Positions 50,901 to 62,700 of a DNA stretch of 64,000 bases are shown piece after piece. Both the position numbers and the translations under genes were made by a program. The stretch is from positions 9,052,001 to 9,116,000 of the forward strand of contig CM059432.1 of assembly GCA_030390025.1 (NCBI GenBank). Reading direction: 5' to 3'. Every line of letters starts with the position of its first letter. Within the stretch, counting starts at the first letter, position 1. This DNA comes from Squalus acanthias (taxonomy: Eukaryota). The notes below the pieces were generated by a model that saw only the letters and a program-made list of their open reading frames with translations, did no database searches and was not told where the DNA came from.

Positions 50901-51037
50901 CTGCGCCTACAGAGCAGACAAAGGCAACCGTAACCGATCAGGCGGCGCTGGCCTTAGTGGAAGCCCTGAAACAACTAGGGGTCACTGGGAAGGTAGATGC
51001 TGCAAAAGGAAGCGATACACCACTAAGATCACAATGA
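44901..51037 (+). pseudogene. gag with stops and frameshifts, interrupted by CR1 45679-50193
   Basis: N-terminal coiled coil, Pro-rich linker, MHR-like KQRPGESPESYAERLW, CFNCGGKGHFVRDC at 50813-50854, PTAP at 50897-50908, stop at 51035-51037. Confidence 0.88.
45679..50193 (-). mobile_element. Full-length CR1 LINE (~4.5 kb), inactivated
   Basis: 5' UTR; ORF1 from 49682 (CxxC...CxxC, coiled coil, IGDSIVRG esterase); ORF2 APE-RT ending at 45765 (GVPQGSVLGP, FADDTK); TSD GTATAACA/GTGTAACA. Confidence 0.95.
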
Positions 51038-51592
51038 AGGGGCCGCGCCCAGCCCGAGTACCTGTGTCCCCTCAGGTACGACAATTGGGGACAACCACGT
51101 GTGAAAGTAGAAGTAGAACACACAAACAGGACGTGTCTGGTGTCTGGTGGAGCCTCAAACACCGTGATTCACTCGGAATGTCCTGATAGTTCCCCATGGT
51201 CGTCAGGAACACCATCCGTGTTAGCCGGTTTCACGGGCAACCAAAAGGCAGGGGCCGTATCACGACCTTTAAAAGTTAAGGTAGGGGGACTAGAATCGAA
51301 GTGGGAATGTGTTCTTATGAATTGGGATAAGGAAGGGCATGGGGTGCTAGGCTCTGATTGGATGATGGCCCACAATGTGATCGTGGACCGGCATAATGAT
51401 TGTTTGTGGGGTGCAGCAGAAGAGGATAAATCAGGGGAGGTGCGGATAATCCCAAAGGGAAATAAAGGGAACGGTTGGAGCTGCATGATGCAACCGCAAG
51501 TGAGATATGACTGGGAGAATAAGTTGTGGAGGCAATTTAGGAAAAGGAAAAAGAAGGGGAAAATTAAAGTTTTACCTACACGAAGCTATTAG
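51038..51592 (+). pseudogene. Retropepsin-like protease region, in frame after the gag TGA
   Basis: PRVKVEV...CLVSGGASNTVI at the DTGA position, GFTG flap-like motif, GVLGSDWM. Confidence 0.75.
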
Positions 51593-52623
51593 TTTCTGTC
51601 CAAAACAAGTAAAACACAAGGTTTGCTGAGTAAAAGGATCAGAAAAGAATGCTGGAATCTCAGTTTGTGTGAAAGTGTGTGTTAAAAGTGTGGTAGTTTT
51701 CTGTCTTTGAAAGAAAATGTCTGGTGTGTTTGTTTCAGCTCCACCCACTTTTTCTGTACTGAGACCTTGAACAAGCGTGTGCTGTTATAAGTTTCTCAAT
51801 TGTTTTGCAAAAGAAAAGCTTCATCCTTGAAGTTAATGTGCCTGGAAGAAAATTAATTTGAACATTTACAAAGCATGTGTGAATGTTTCTTTGTTGGTGT
51901 GGCTTCTTCCTTTGTTTTTCAAGTGATACTGCTTAATTGAAAAATTTTGGTTTGAATTGAATTGGAGTTATTGAGGTTAATTAACCTATTAAAACCAGAC
52001 TTTTATTGCAGCCACGGTGAAATTCTGGTTGGTGTAAATTTGTGTGGAAGCTACTAGTTCCGGATATGTGGCAAAAACACGGCAACAATTTTTGGAAATT
52101 TTTGACTAATTGCAAGTATGGATGACCAGGAAAAAAATGAAGAAAATTATTATTGTGTGGAGTTGCTTCACAGAATGTTCAGGATATCTCATGTTTTTTT
52201 TTTACCTGCTAAAGTGAATCGATCAGGATCTTAACAAAGATTTTAAAGGTACAAAGACTTTGCAAAAGTAAAGATTTACTTGAAAGCTGTGAGAAGTTGT
52301 GTGACCAAACCTGACAGTGTGATTGATGACTGTGTTTGTCTTCTTTTGAAATGCAAAAGAAAGAAGTTCACTCTTTTCACAAGCAGCTGTGAACTCTGTT
52401 CTCTTAACTCCACAAGCAGATGTGGGTTCTGTAAACATTTTGGGCATTGTTAAATTTTTAAGTTTTAAACTTGAGTGGATGTTTCCCCATATTGATAGAA
52501 GGGGGTCGGAAATTGACGAATTAACCCATTTGGCTCTTCGGAAAGCCGCAATGGATTGTCGGTTGTTTTCTTTTAAGCAGGGGGCCAGATGAGTGTTGAT
52601 GGTGCAAGATTACCAACTCCAGG

Positions 52624-53769
52624 ATGGGGGAACTCCTGTCCGCATTGAGCGCTTTGATGTTCGTAGTGGATGGGATTGAACTATTGAACTATATCAGGAA
52701 TCACAGCAGCTCGGAAACAGCACCAAATGGAACCATAACCTCACTGGATACAGGGTTTTCTGTTGTAAATGAGATGAATGTAACAATTAAAAATCAAACT
52801 ATAACATGTCATAATTGGATGGTGAGGGTAACAGAGCAGAGGGTGCATGAGGGGCAAAGGATTTGTTTAAAATGCTCAAATGAGATTACCCCAAGCGGGA
52901 CGATCCTAGAACTCCGGTTTGCACCGGGTGAGACTACAAATAACCTGAGATTGAAGAAGGCAAGAGGAATCGTAGCTACCCCGTTAATTGATGGGACAAG
53001 TTACTGTTGGACAAATTTCTGGTCAAGTAATCACACAGGAGTATATATATGTGTGTAAACAGAAATTTCTCCCATGATGATCCTCAAATTAAAAATCATT
53101 ATGATAATATTCAATGTCCTGATCAGTCCAAAGAAGCCATTCAATTAAAGGCGAAAGAGAAACCAGTGCCACCCAATGAAGGGAGTGAAGAGTGCCCCAC
53201 CCCATCCCCTGCTTCGATTAACGGATTGATGTTGGTTCCAAGTGAGTTGTCAATGTTACATGATGTTGTGTTAGATGCAAGGGAGGTTATTATCAATATG
53301 TCTGGTATCTAACAATACTATGTGTATTAAACCTAAAAGGATGGTAAAAATCGGGAATAGGACTATTCCGCCTTGATGGATCAGAATCCAATGCATGTTA
53401 AGGCATCAATTAAGATAGATGATTTGGGGAAATACGTGTCCATTTTTGGATATGGGTTACCTTGGATGAATGAAAATCTCACTGAGTTTGTGAAAGGGAT
53501 TGGAGAAGTGGGAAGGACAGTCTCAGTATTAAAAGGGCGGAATGATGCTAATGCCAGAATAATAACCTCGTTAATGAACGAGGCGACTTCTTGGTGGGAT
53601 TTGGGATTTAATCGTATAGACTTAGCTCCGTGGACTGTGCTCACAAGCTCTGTTATGGTTACAGCTAGTGTGTGTGATCGTGCTTATGTGGGAGTGGGGA
53701 ATGCGGGCAAGACGTAACCAAAGAGAGAACAAGGGAAGACAATTTAGGCGTACGAGGGGACTGTTCTAG
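52624..53769 (+). pseudogene. env-like type I membrane glycoprotein with Ig-like domain, frameshifted
   Basis: Acceptor TTTTCTTTTAAGCAG ending at 52580; hydrophobic N-terminus; many NxS/T sites; WWDLG then ALLWLQLVCVIVLMW TM and basic tail. Confidence 0.75.
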
Positions 53770-53913
53770 GATTCGTAGGAATAATGTGAAATGGGGTATA
53801 GATATTGTATTATAGGGGATAAAAGGGGATTATGTCCGATTGGACTACATACTGCTCCAACTCTGGTGTAATGTCTGCACATGAATAAACATGAGAGACA
53901 TTTAAGGGAGGAC

Positions 53914-54708
53914 TGTAAGATTCTGAAAAGTGTAATAAAACTGCTGCTACCGTGTGGAGATCGAAATTGCGAACGAATTGTAAGATGATAACGGACGGAT
54001 TTAAAATGTAGGAAATCAGCAGGTGGTCTTTGTCTGTGAAGAGACAAAATGGCAGAAGTCAGAAGGGGTTCCTTTGCCTGGTGGTCAGCATGTGTTCTTT
54101 GTTTGAAAGGCCACCTGGGCAAGCAGGGAGAACATGATTGACAAGGAAGTCCCACCCCCACACATCTCACAGGAATGTCTCATGCAGAAGGAACTCCAAT
54201 CAGGGAAGGTTTGGAGTGAAACTGACCTATCAGAGGAAGGCAAAGAGTAATTTACGATAGAAGGGGCCTTTTCACAGAAATAACCCAGGAGCGAGAGTTT
54301 TTCAAGGTCACAGAAGGAACACAGAAGACAGAGCAGGACGAAGAATGAGCTGAGAAAGCTGGCCAGTCTATATTTCGACTTACAATTTCCCTGGACCGAT
54401 CACCCAGAGATAAAGGAGTATGTATGAAAGCCAGACATAAGCTTAGATGTTGTTAAAGGGGTGCTTTTATGTACATTTGAATTGTTAAGGGGGCTACTTT
54501 TATGTACGTTTGAATTAATAAGTTGCAGGCATATTTATTGGCGAGAATTCTTTGAATCTATTGCCAAAGGTGCTTCTATTCTATGTACCCTCGAATTTCG
54601 AACTATAGTGTGAATAAAGACCAATTTTATTGATCACATCCTTGTCTGTCATTGTTGAGCTAATTCGTAATTCTCGAGGTCCGAACAATAGTAAGAGAAA
54701 GACTTACA
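53914..54708 (+). repeat. 3' LTR (795 bp)
   Basis: TGTAAG...CTTACA termini; purine tract AAGGGAGGA at 53904-53912; AATAAA at 54613. Confidence 0.88.
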
Positions 54709-54810
54709 CATTACATGAGGAGGCCAAGTGCTGGGCTGGTCCATCGCTTCCCACAGACTCATGCCTGCATGCACGGGTCTCGTTCCCTTAATCCTGGCCT
54801 GCCACTTCTT

Positions 54811-56715
54811 CATAAGAACATAAGAACATAAGAAATAGGAGCAGGAGTAGGCCAATTGGCCCCTCGAGTCTGCTCCGCCATTCAATAAGATCATGGCTGA
54901 TCTGATCCTAACCGCCAATCTACTATCACAGAACCATCTCCTGAACCTAACAGAATTGGACACATGAAATAGGAGCAGGATCAGGCTACACGGCCCCTGG
55001 GCCCGCTACGCTACCCACAGGGCTATGACCGATCCGAACCTAGACTCATGTCCAAATTCCTGCCCGCTCCCCGTAACCCTTAATTCCCTTTACTTCTAGG
55101 AAACTGTCTATTTTTGTTTTAAATTTATGTAATGATGCAGCTTCTACAGCTTTTTGGGGCAGCATATTCCATGGACCTACCACCCTCTGAGTGAAGTAGT
55201 TCCTTCTCATCTCAGTTTTGAAAGAGCAGCCCCTTATTCTAAGACTATGCCCCCTAGTTCTAGTTTCACCCATCATCGGGAACATCCTCCCCACATCCAC
55301 CCGATCCAACCCCTTCACAATCTTATATGTTTCAATAAGATCGCCTCTCATTCTTCTGAACTCCAATGAGTAGAGTCCCAATCTACCCAACCTCTCCTCA
55401 TATGTCCATCCCCTCATCCCCAGGATTAACCGAGTGAACCTTCTTTGTACTGTCTTTTCTTAAGTATGGACACCAAAACTGTATGCAGTATTCCAGGTGC
55501 GGTCTCACCAATACCTTGTATAACTGAAGCAATACCTCCCTATTTTTATATTCTATCCCCCTAGCAATGAAAGCCAACATTCCATTGGCCTTCTTAATCA
55601 CTTGCTGCACCTGCATACTAACCTTTTGAGTTTCATGCACCAGGACCCCCAGATCCCTTTGTACTTCAGTACTTTCAAGTTTCTTGCCATTAAGATAATA
55701 ACTTGCTCTACTATTTTTCCTGCCAAAGTGCATAACCTCACACTTTCCAGTATTGTATTCCATCTGCCAAATCTCTGCCCACCTACTTAGCCTGTCTATG
55801 TCCCCTTGCAGATTTTTTATGTCCTCCTCACTCACTACTTTCCCTCCCATCTTAGTATCATCTGCAAACTTTGATATGTTACACTCGGTCTCCTCCTCCA
55901 AATCGTTAATATAGATTGTAAAGAGTTGGGGACCCAGCACTGACCCCTGCAGAACACCATTAGTTACTGATTGCCAGTCTGAGAATGAACCATTTATCCC
56001 AACTCTCTGCCTTCTGTTAGATAGCCAATCCTCTATCCATGCCAGAATATTACCCCCAATCCCGTGATTTTTTATCTTAAGCAATAATCTTTTGTGTGGC
56101 ACCTTGTCAAATGCCTTTTGGAAGTCTAAATACACCACATCCACTGGTTCCCCTTTATCCACCCTGTATGTTACTTCCTCAAAGAACTCCAGCAAATTTG
56201 TCAAACATGACTTCCCCTTCATAAAACCATGCTGACTTTGTCCTATTAAATTATGATTATCCAAATGTCCCGTTACTGTCTCCTTAATAATGGACTCCAA
56301 AATTTTACCTACCACAGATGTTAGGCTAACCGGTCTATAGTTTCCAGCCTTCTGTCTACTGCCCTTTTTAAATAAGGGTGTTACATTAGCAGTTTTCCAG
56401 TCTGCCGGGATCTTTGCTGAGTCCAGGGAGTTTTGGAAAATTATTACCAATGCATCCACAATCCCTACCGCCACTTCCCTCAAGACCCTAGGATGTAAGC
56501 CATCAGGTCCAGGTGATTTATCCGCCTTGAGTCCCATTATTTTGCCGAGTACCACTTCCTTAGTGATTTTGATCGTGTTTAGCTCCTCCCCCCCTATAGC
56601 CCCCTGTTTGTCCAGTGTTGGGATATTCTTAGTGTCCTCTACTGTAAAGACTGATACAAAATATTCATTCAGTGTATTTGCCATCTCCATGTTTCCCACC
56701 ATTAATTTCCCGGTG
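54811..56715 (-). mobile_element. 5'-truncated CR1 with a 434-aa open RT segment
   Basis: ORFs 55398-56702 and 55046-55417; (CATAAGAA)3 tail. Confidence 0.93.
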
Positions 56716-56959
56716 CCCCTCCAATGCCCCTCAATCTTGACAATGGTTGCTGATGGGCTAAGTCGCCAGCCCAGAAGCTTGCTAAAATTTTGTCTCCCTT
56801 CTTGCGATGTTCCCTTTAATTGTTCCCCATCCGTTTAAATTGGATTTACACACAATTTTGCTCTCCTACCAGTGGTGTCCTTCCGAGATCCATCTGTGTT
56901 TGCGGCTGAAGTTGTCAATAATTATGCAGATGATTTTAGACCAGCATTTAAGATTTAGG

Positions 56960-58440
56960 CAGGTGCCAGGTGTCCTGGCCAATAGTTATCCCTCAAACAA
57001 CATAACAAAAGACAGATGATCTGGTCATTATCACATTACTGTTTGTGGGAGCTTGCTGTGCTTAGATTGGCCACCGCGTTTCCTACATTACAACAGTGAC
57101 TACACTTCAAAAAAGTGCGTCATTGGCTGTAAAGCGCTTTGGGACGTCCTGAGGTTATGATAGGCGCTATAGAAATGCAGGTCTTTCTTTACAAACCATA
57201 TAGACCTGTTGAAGACATGAAGACGAAAATCACCCCCCCCCATTGTCTTTCACACAAGCTTTCACATGCGCTAACCCAATCTGTTGCTTTTTTGGACTGA
57301 GAACACTTTAGTGAGAAAAGGACAGATACGAATCATTAAAGCCATTTTATTTCACAGATTAAAGGTGAACGCACAAAGTAACAATTTTTAACAAATTTCA
57401 CCTTAGTCCAGCGTAACTTCAATTCGCTCCTCATGAACATCAAAAATAATAAAAATACAGTGATGCGTTTAGGAAGGAAGAAGGAGGAGAGGCAATATAA
57501 AGTAAATGGTTCAATTTTAAAGGGGGGTACGGAAAACAGAACGACCCGAGGTTTCACAGAAGCAAAACTTTGACTGTGGCAGGACAAGTTGATGAGGCTG
57601 TTAAGGATGGTTTGGTAGATGGCAGAGGAAATGTAAACGTCTGTCTTATGAAGGAACTTGGCAGAAGTCTTTGAGAGTGTGCGAAGCGTGGAAAAGCTGG
57701 CAGAGTGAGGTCCCAGTGGCCCGATGGAGCAAGAGGGCAGGAGATGCCAACCTTTCCTTCCACCATATTCCCGAGCCACTGGGTGCCAGATTTTCCATGC
57801 TTCCCACCCACTCCACAATTCTGCTGTAGCCACTCCCACATCCTCTGGGTCTTAGAAATACATTTTAGAAGAAGCAGAAAAATCATAGAAGTTTACGGCA
57901 CAGAAGGAGGCCATTCGGCCCATCGTGTCCGCGCCGGCCGATAAAGAGCTGTCCACCCTAATCCCACTTTCCAGCTCTTGGTCTGTAGCCCTGTAGGTTA
58001 CAGCACTTCAAGTGCATATCCAAGTACTTTTTAAATGCGATGAGGGTTTTTGCCTCTACCACCCTTTCAGGCAGTGAGTTCCAGACCCCCACCACACACT
58101 GGGTGAAAAAAGTTTTCCTCAACTCCCCTCTAATCCTTCTACCAATTACTTTAAAATGCTCTAATTTCTCGAATAAAATACCATTATCACTTCTGTCAAT
58201 GAGTCATCGCCTGTCCTCCACCTCATCACAGACCATTCCGTATTTTGTCTTTTTCTCCCCCTTTTCCCTGGCTCTATTTCTCCTCATAAGCTGTTCACCT
58301 GTGACATCACCCAGTTCCGATGAAAGGTCACGGATCTGAAACGTTCACCCAGCCTTCCTCCCTCCGCAGATGCTGCCCTGACCTGCTGAGTAATTCCAGC
58401 CTTTTCTGTTTGTATTTCAGATTTCCAACATCGGCCGTAT
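56960..58440. mobile_element. Cluster: Deu-SINE tail (56960-57190), CR1 fragments (~57440-57620, 57880-58155), Penelope-type terminus (~58200-58440)
   Basis: Matches to other copies in the window; degenerate hammerhead at ~58311-58350. Confidence 0.65.
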
Positions 58441-58541
58441 CACCAAGGAGTGCTCCTCCTCGCTCCGCAAAACAACTTTCGGCTGCTTTTGGCCTGGCGA
58501 GACCTGACCGTCGCCTTAATCGCTATCCCCCCCGTGGCATA

Positions 58542-60703
58542 CATAAGAACATAAGAAATAGGACCAGGAGTAGGCCATTCAGCCCTTTGAGCCTGCTCCG
58601 CCATTCAATGAGATCATGGCTGATCTTCTGCCTCAACTCCATTCACCGGCCCTATCGTCATATCCCTTGATGCCCTTACTAGTCAGAAATCTATCGACTT
58701 CTGTTTTGAATATACCCAATGACTGAGCTTCCACAGCCCTCTGGGGTACATAATTCCAAAGATTCAACACCCTCTGTGTGAAGAAATCTCTTCTCATCTC
58801 AGTCCTGAATGGCCTACCCTTTATCCTGAGGCTGTGGCCCCTGGTTCTAGACTCCCCAGCCAAGGGAAACATTCTCCCAGCATCCACCCTATCAAGCCCT
58901 GTAATAATTTTGTATCCTTCAATGAAATCCCCTCTCATTCTTCTGAATTCAAGAGAATACAGGCCTAGTTTAATCAATCTCTTCTCATATGACAGTCCCG
59001 CCATCCCAGGAATCAATCTCTTGAACCTTCGTTGCGCTCCCTCTATGGCAAGTATATCCTTCCTTAGGTAAGGAGACCAAAATTGTACACAGTACTCCAG
59101 GTGTGGTCTCACCAAGGCCCTATATAATTGGAGTAAGACTTCTTTACTCCTGTACTCGAATCCACTTGTAATGAAGGCCAGCATACTATTTGCCTTCCTA
59201 ATGGCTTGCTGCACCTGCACATTCACTTTCAGTGACTCATGTACAAGGACACCCAGGTCCCTTTGAGCATCTGCATTCCCCAATCTTTCACCATTTAGGA
59301 AATACTCTGCCTTTCTGTTTTTTCTACCAAAGTGGATAACTTCACATTTATCCACATTATATTCCATCTGCCATGTTCTCGCCCACTCACTGAGCCTGTC
59401 GAGATCCCCTTGAAGCTCTTCACATCCTCTTCACAACTGACACTGCCACCTAGCTTTGTATCATCAGCAAATTTGGAAATGTTACATTTAGTCCCCTCAT
59501 CCAAATCATTGATATAGATTGTGAATAGCTGGGGCCCAAGCACCGATCCTTGTGCTACCCCATTAGTTACAGCCTGCCATCCTGAAAAAGACTCGGTATC
59601 CCTACTCTATGTTTTCTGTCTTTTAACCAATTCTCAATCCATGCTAGTATATTACCCCCAATTCCATGTGCCCTCATTTTGTTCACCAACCTCTTGTGTG
59701 GGACCTTATCGAAGGCCTTCTGAAAATCCAAATACACCACATCTACCGGTTCCCCTTTGTCTACACCACTAGTTACATCCTCAAAGAACTCCAATAGGTT
59801 TGTCAAACAGGATTTCCCTTTCATAAATCCATGTTGACTCTGCCCAATATTACTATTAGTTTCTAAGTGCCCAGTTATTGCATCCTTTATAATAGATTCC
59901 AGCATTTTCCCAACTTCTGATGTGAGGCTAACAGGTCTGTAGTTCCCCGTTTTCTCTCTCCCTCCTTTCTTAAATAGCGGGGTTACATTTGCTATCCTCT
60001 AATCTGCAGGAACCGTTCCAGAATCTATAGAATTTTGGAAGATGACAACCAATGCGTCCACTATCCCAATGGCCACCTCTTTCAAAACCCTAGAATGTGG
60101 GTCATCCGGTCCTTGGGATTTATCGATGTTTAGTCCCATTAATTTTGCTAGTACTGTTTTTTTACTAATAATAATTACTTTAAGTTCCTCATTCGCGCCA
60201 CACCCTTGGTTTTCTAGTATTTCTGGGAGGTTTTTTGTGCCTTCCTCCGTGAAGACAGAAACAAAGTATTTATTTAATTTCTCAGCCATTTCCTCATTCC
60301 CCATTATAAATTCTCCCGTCTTTGACTGTAAAGGACCTACATTTACCTTCGCCACTCTTTTCCTTTTCACATACCTATAGAAGCTTTTACAATCCGTTTT
60401 TATATTTTTCACTAGTTTGTGCTCATATTCTATTTTCCCTTTCTTTATCAATTTCTTGGTCCCCCTTTGCTGATTTCTAAAAAGATCCCAATCCTCAGGC
60501 TGACCGCTTTTTCTGGCAACTTTATAAGCTTCCTCCTTTGACTTAATACTCACTTTAATTTATTTTGTTCGCCATGGTTGGATCACTTTTCCTTTTGGAT
60601 TTTTATGCTCTAGATATGTTTGTTGCAAATTATGCATTATTTCCTGAATGTTAGCCATTGTATGTCCACCTTCATACCTTTTAGTGTAGTCTCCCAATCT
60701 ACC
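58542..60703 (-). mobile_element. 5'-truncated CR1, same subfamily as 45679-50193
   Basis: Colinear and highly similar to 45679-47835. Confidence 0.93.
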
Positions 60704-61013
60704 AATGGTTGGAAGTTATGCTACAGTTGTATAAAGCTCTGGTAAGACCCAATCTGGACACTGCGTTCATTTCTGGGCACCGCACCTCAGGAAGGATATA
60801 TTGGCCTTGGAGAGGGTGCAACGTAAATTCACCAGAATGATACTGAGGCTTAAAAGGTTAAATTATGAAGACTGGTTGCATAGACTAAGGCTAGTATTCC
60901 CTTGAGTATAGAAGGTTAAGGGGTGATCTAATTGAAGTGTTTAAGGAGTTAATGGGGTAGATAGAGAGAAACTATTTCCTCTGGGGGGGAGTCCAGAACA
61001 AAGGGGATGTAAC

Positions 61014-61433
61014 ATAGAAACATAGAATCTAGGAGCAGGAGTAGGCCATTCGGCCCGTCAAGCCTGCTCCACCATTCAATACGATCATGGCTGATCATCC
61101 AAGTCCAGTACCCTGTCCCTGCTTTAATCCCCACAGTACACATATCCCACCCTACCCCCGTAACCCCACGTATTTAATTCCCCCTAACATATCCCATCCT
61201 ATCCCCATAACCCCACATATTTAATCCCCCCCAAACACTAAGGGTCAATTTATCATAGCCAAATCAACCTAACCCACACATTTTTGGACTGTGGGAGGAA
61301 ACCGGAGCACCCGGAGGAAACCCACGCAGACACGGGGAGAATGTGCAAACTCCACACAGACAGTCACCCGAGGTCAGATTCGAACCCGGGTCTCTGGCGC
61401 TGTGAGGCACCAGTGCTAACCACTATGCCACCG
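61014..61433 (-). mobile_element. Complete HE1-like V-SINE with CR1-type tail, inside a + strand CR1 fragment (~60705-61525)
   Basis: tRNA head (GGTTCGAATC), V-domain GTTTGCACATTCTCCCCGTGTCTGCGTGGGTTTCCTCCGGG, TSD TGTAAC at 61008-61013 and 61434-61439. Confidence 0.88.
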
Positions 61434-61796
61434 TGTAACCTTAATATTAGAGCCAGGCTGTTCACGGATGATGTCAGACAAAGGGTAGTGGAAATCTGGA
61501 ACTCTCTCCCCCAAAAATCTGTTGAGACTAGGGGGGAGAAATTCATTATAGCCCCTTTTGGGGAGATAAATTTTAAAAGTTTTGAAAAGTAGCACTAGGC
61601 ACTAATGTTTCTAAACTTAAAAAATTTGGTTTTGCGTTCCAAGAAGGAAGTGGAGCGCTAAATCAATGGACCGATTGGTCGTTTCCTGTCTGACGTTTCT
61701 GTATATGAAAATCAGTTGATCCAAAGTGCCGGAAGAAGACATAGCAGCACATAACAAATGAAGTCCTCGTAAAGGAATTGCTTTGGTTCACTGCAT

Positions 61797-62490
61797 TGCT
61801 GCACTGTCGGAGGTGCCGTCTTTCTGGTGAGACGTTAAACCGAGGCCCCGTCTGCTCTCTCAGGTGGACATAAAAGATCCCATGGCACTATTTCAAAGAA
61901 GAGCAGGGGAGTTATCCCCGGTGTCCTGGCCAATATTAACCCTCAATCAACACCTAACACAGATTATCTGGTCATTATCACATTGCTGTTTGTGGGAGCT
62001 TGCTGTGCGCAAATTGGCTGCCGCGTTTCCTACATTACAACACTGACTACACTTCAAAAGTACTTCAGATGGCAGACGGCAGCTGTTGATGATTCTGCTA
62101 TACCCATTGACACCTCCTCCAGACCCATCTTTTGTTTCTTTACTTGCCCCATTACCATCTCCTTTTGCTTTGCGCAATCATACCTTTTGTCATTTAATCG
62201 CTTCTGTCCTCCATCCTCGCACTGACCTTCCCTTTTGTTCTTTCCTCCCCTCCCCCCTTTCCCTGCCCCTTAAAACCTATCACATCTCGAACCTTTTCCA
62301 GTTCTGACGAAGGGTCACAGAACTGAAACGTTAACTCTCTTTCTCTCTCTCCACAGATGCTGCCTGACCTGCTGAGCATTTCCAGCATTTTCGGCTGTTG
62401 CTTCAAAAGTACTTCATTGTCTGTAAAGCCCTTTGGGACGTCCTGAGGTCGTGAAAGGCGCTATATAAATGCAAGTCTTTCTTTCTTTGG
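61797..62490 (+). mobile_element. Deu-domain SINE interrupted at 62068-62400
   Basis: Deu core; SINE sequence resumes at 62401. Confidence 0.85.
62068..62400 (+). mobile_element. 333-bp Penelope-type unit with hammerhead motif (62298-62336)
   Basis: 16-bp TSD CTTCAAAAGTACTTCA at 62052-62067 and 62401-62416; CTGACGA...GAAACGTT. Confidence 0.8.
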
Positions 62491-62700
62491 TTTGGGTTGT
62501 TTTGATTTTCTTAATGGACGATTCCATTGTTAATTTTCGTCCACTATAATATATGATGTGCATATCAGTTACAAATGTCTGTGCAAATGAAATAAAAATA
62601 CAACAAGATGAAATGCAGCTGGAATGAGATTTAGGCAAAGTGAACACTAGTATATTTATCGCTTGTTCATTAGTTAGATATTGGTAAAGTAAAAGTCCAT

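Larger units (their letters stand above)
44531..54708 (+). mobile_element. Defective LTR retroelement/endogenous retrovirus (gag, pro, no pol, env-like)
   Basis: Paired LTR sequence, PBS, PPT, gag with CCHC, protease-like ORF, TM glycoprotein ORF. Confidence 0.9.

Noticed and set aside
53754..53766. Alternative PPT and LTR start (GAGGGGAC-TGTT)
   Set aside because: Inside the env tail; TGTAAG at 53914 matches the CTTACA end better. The truncated 5' LTR prevents direct confirmation.
61360..61433. tRNA genes here and at ~20965, ~40165, ~43710
   Set aside because: tRNA-derived SINE heads that run into SINE bodies.
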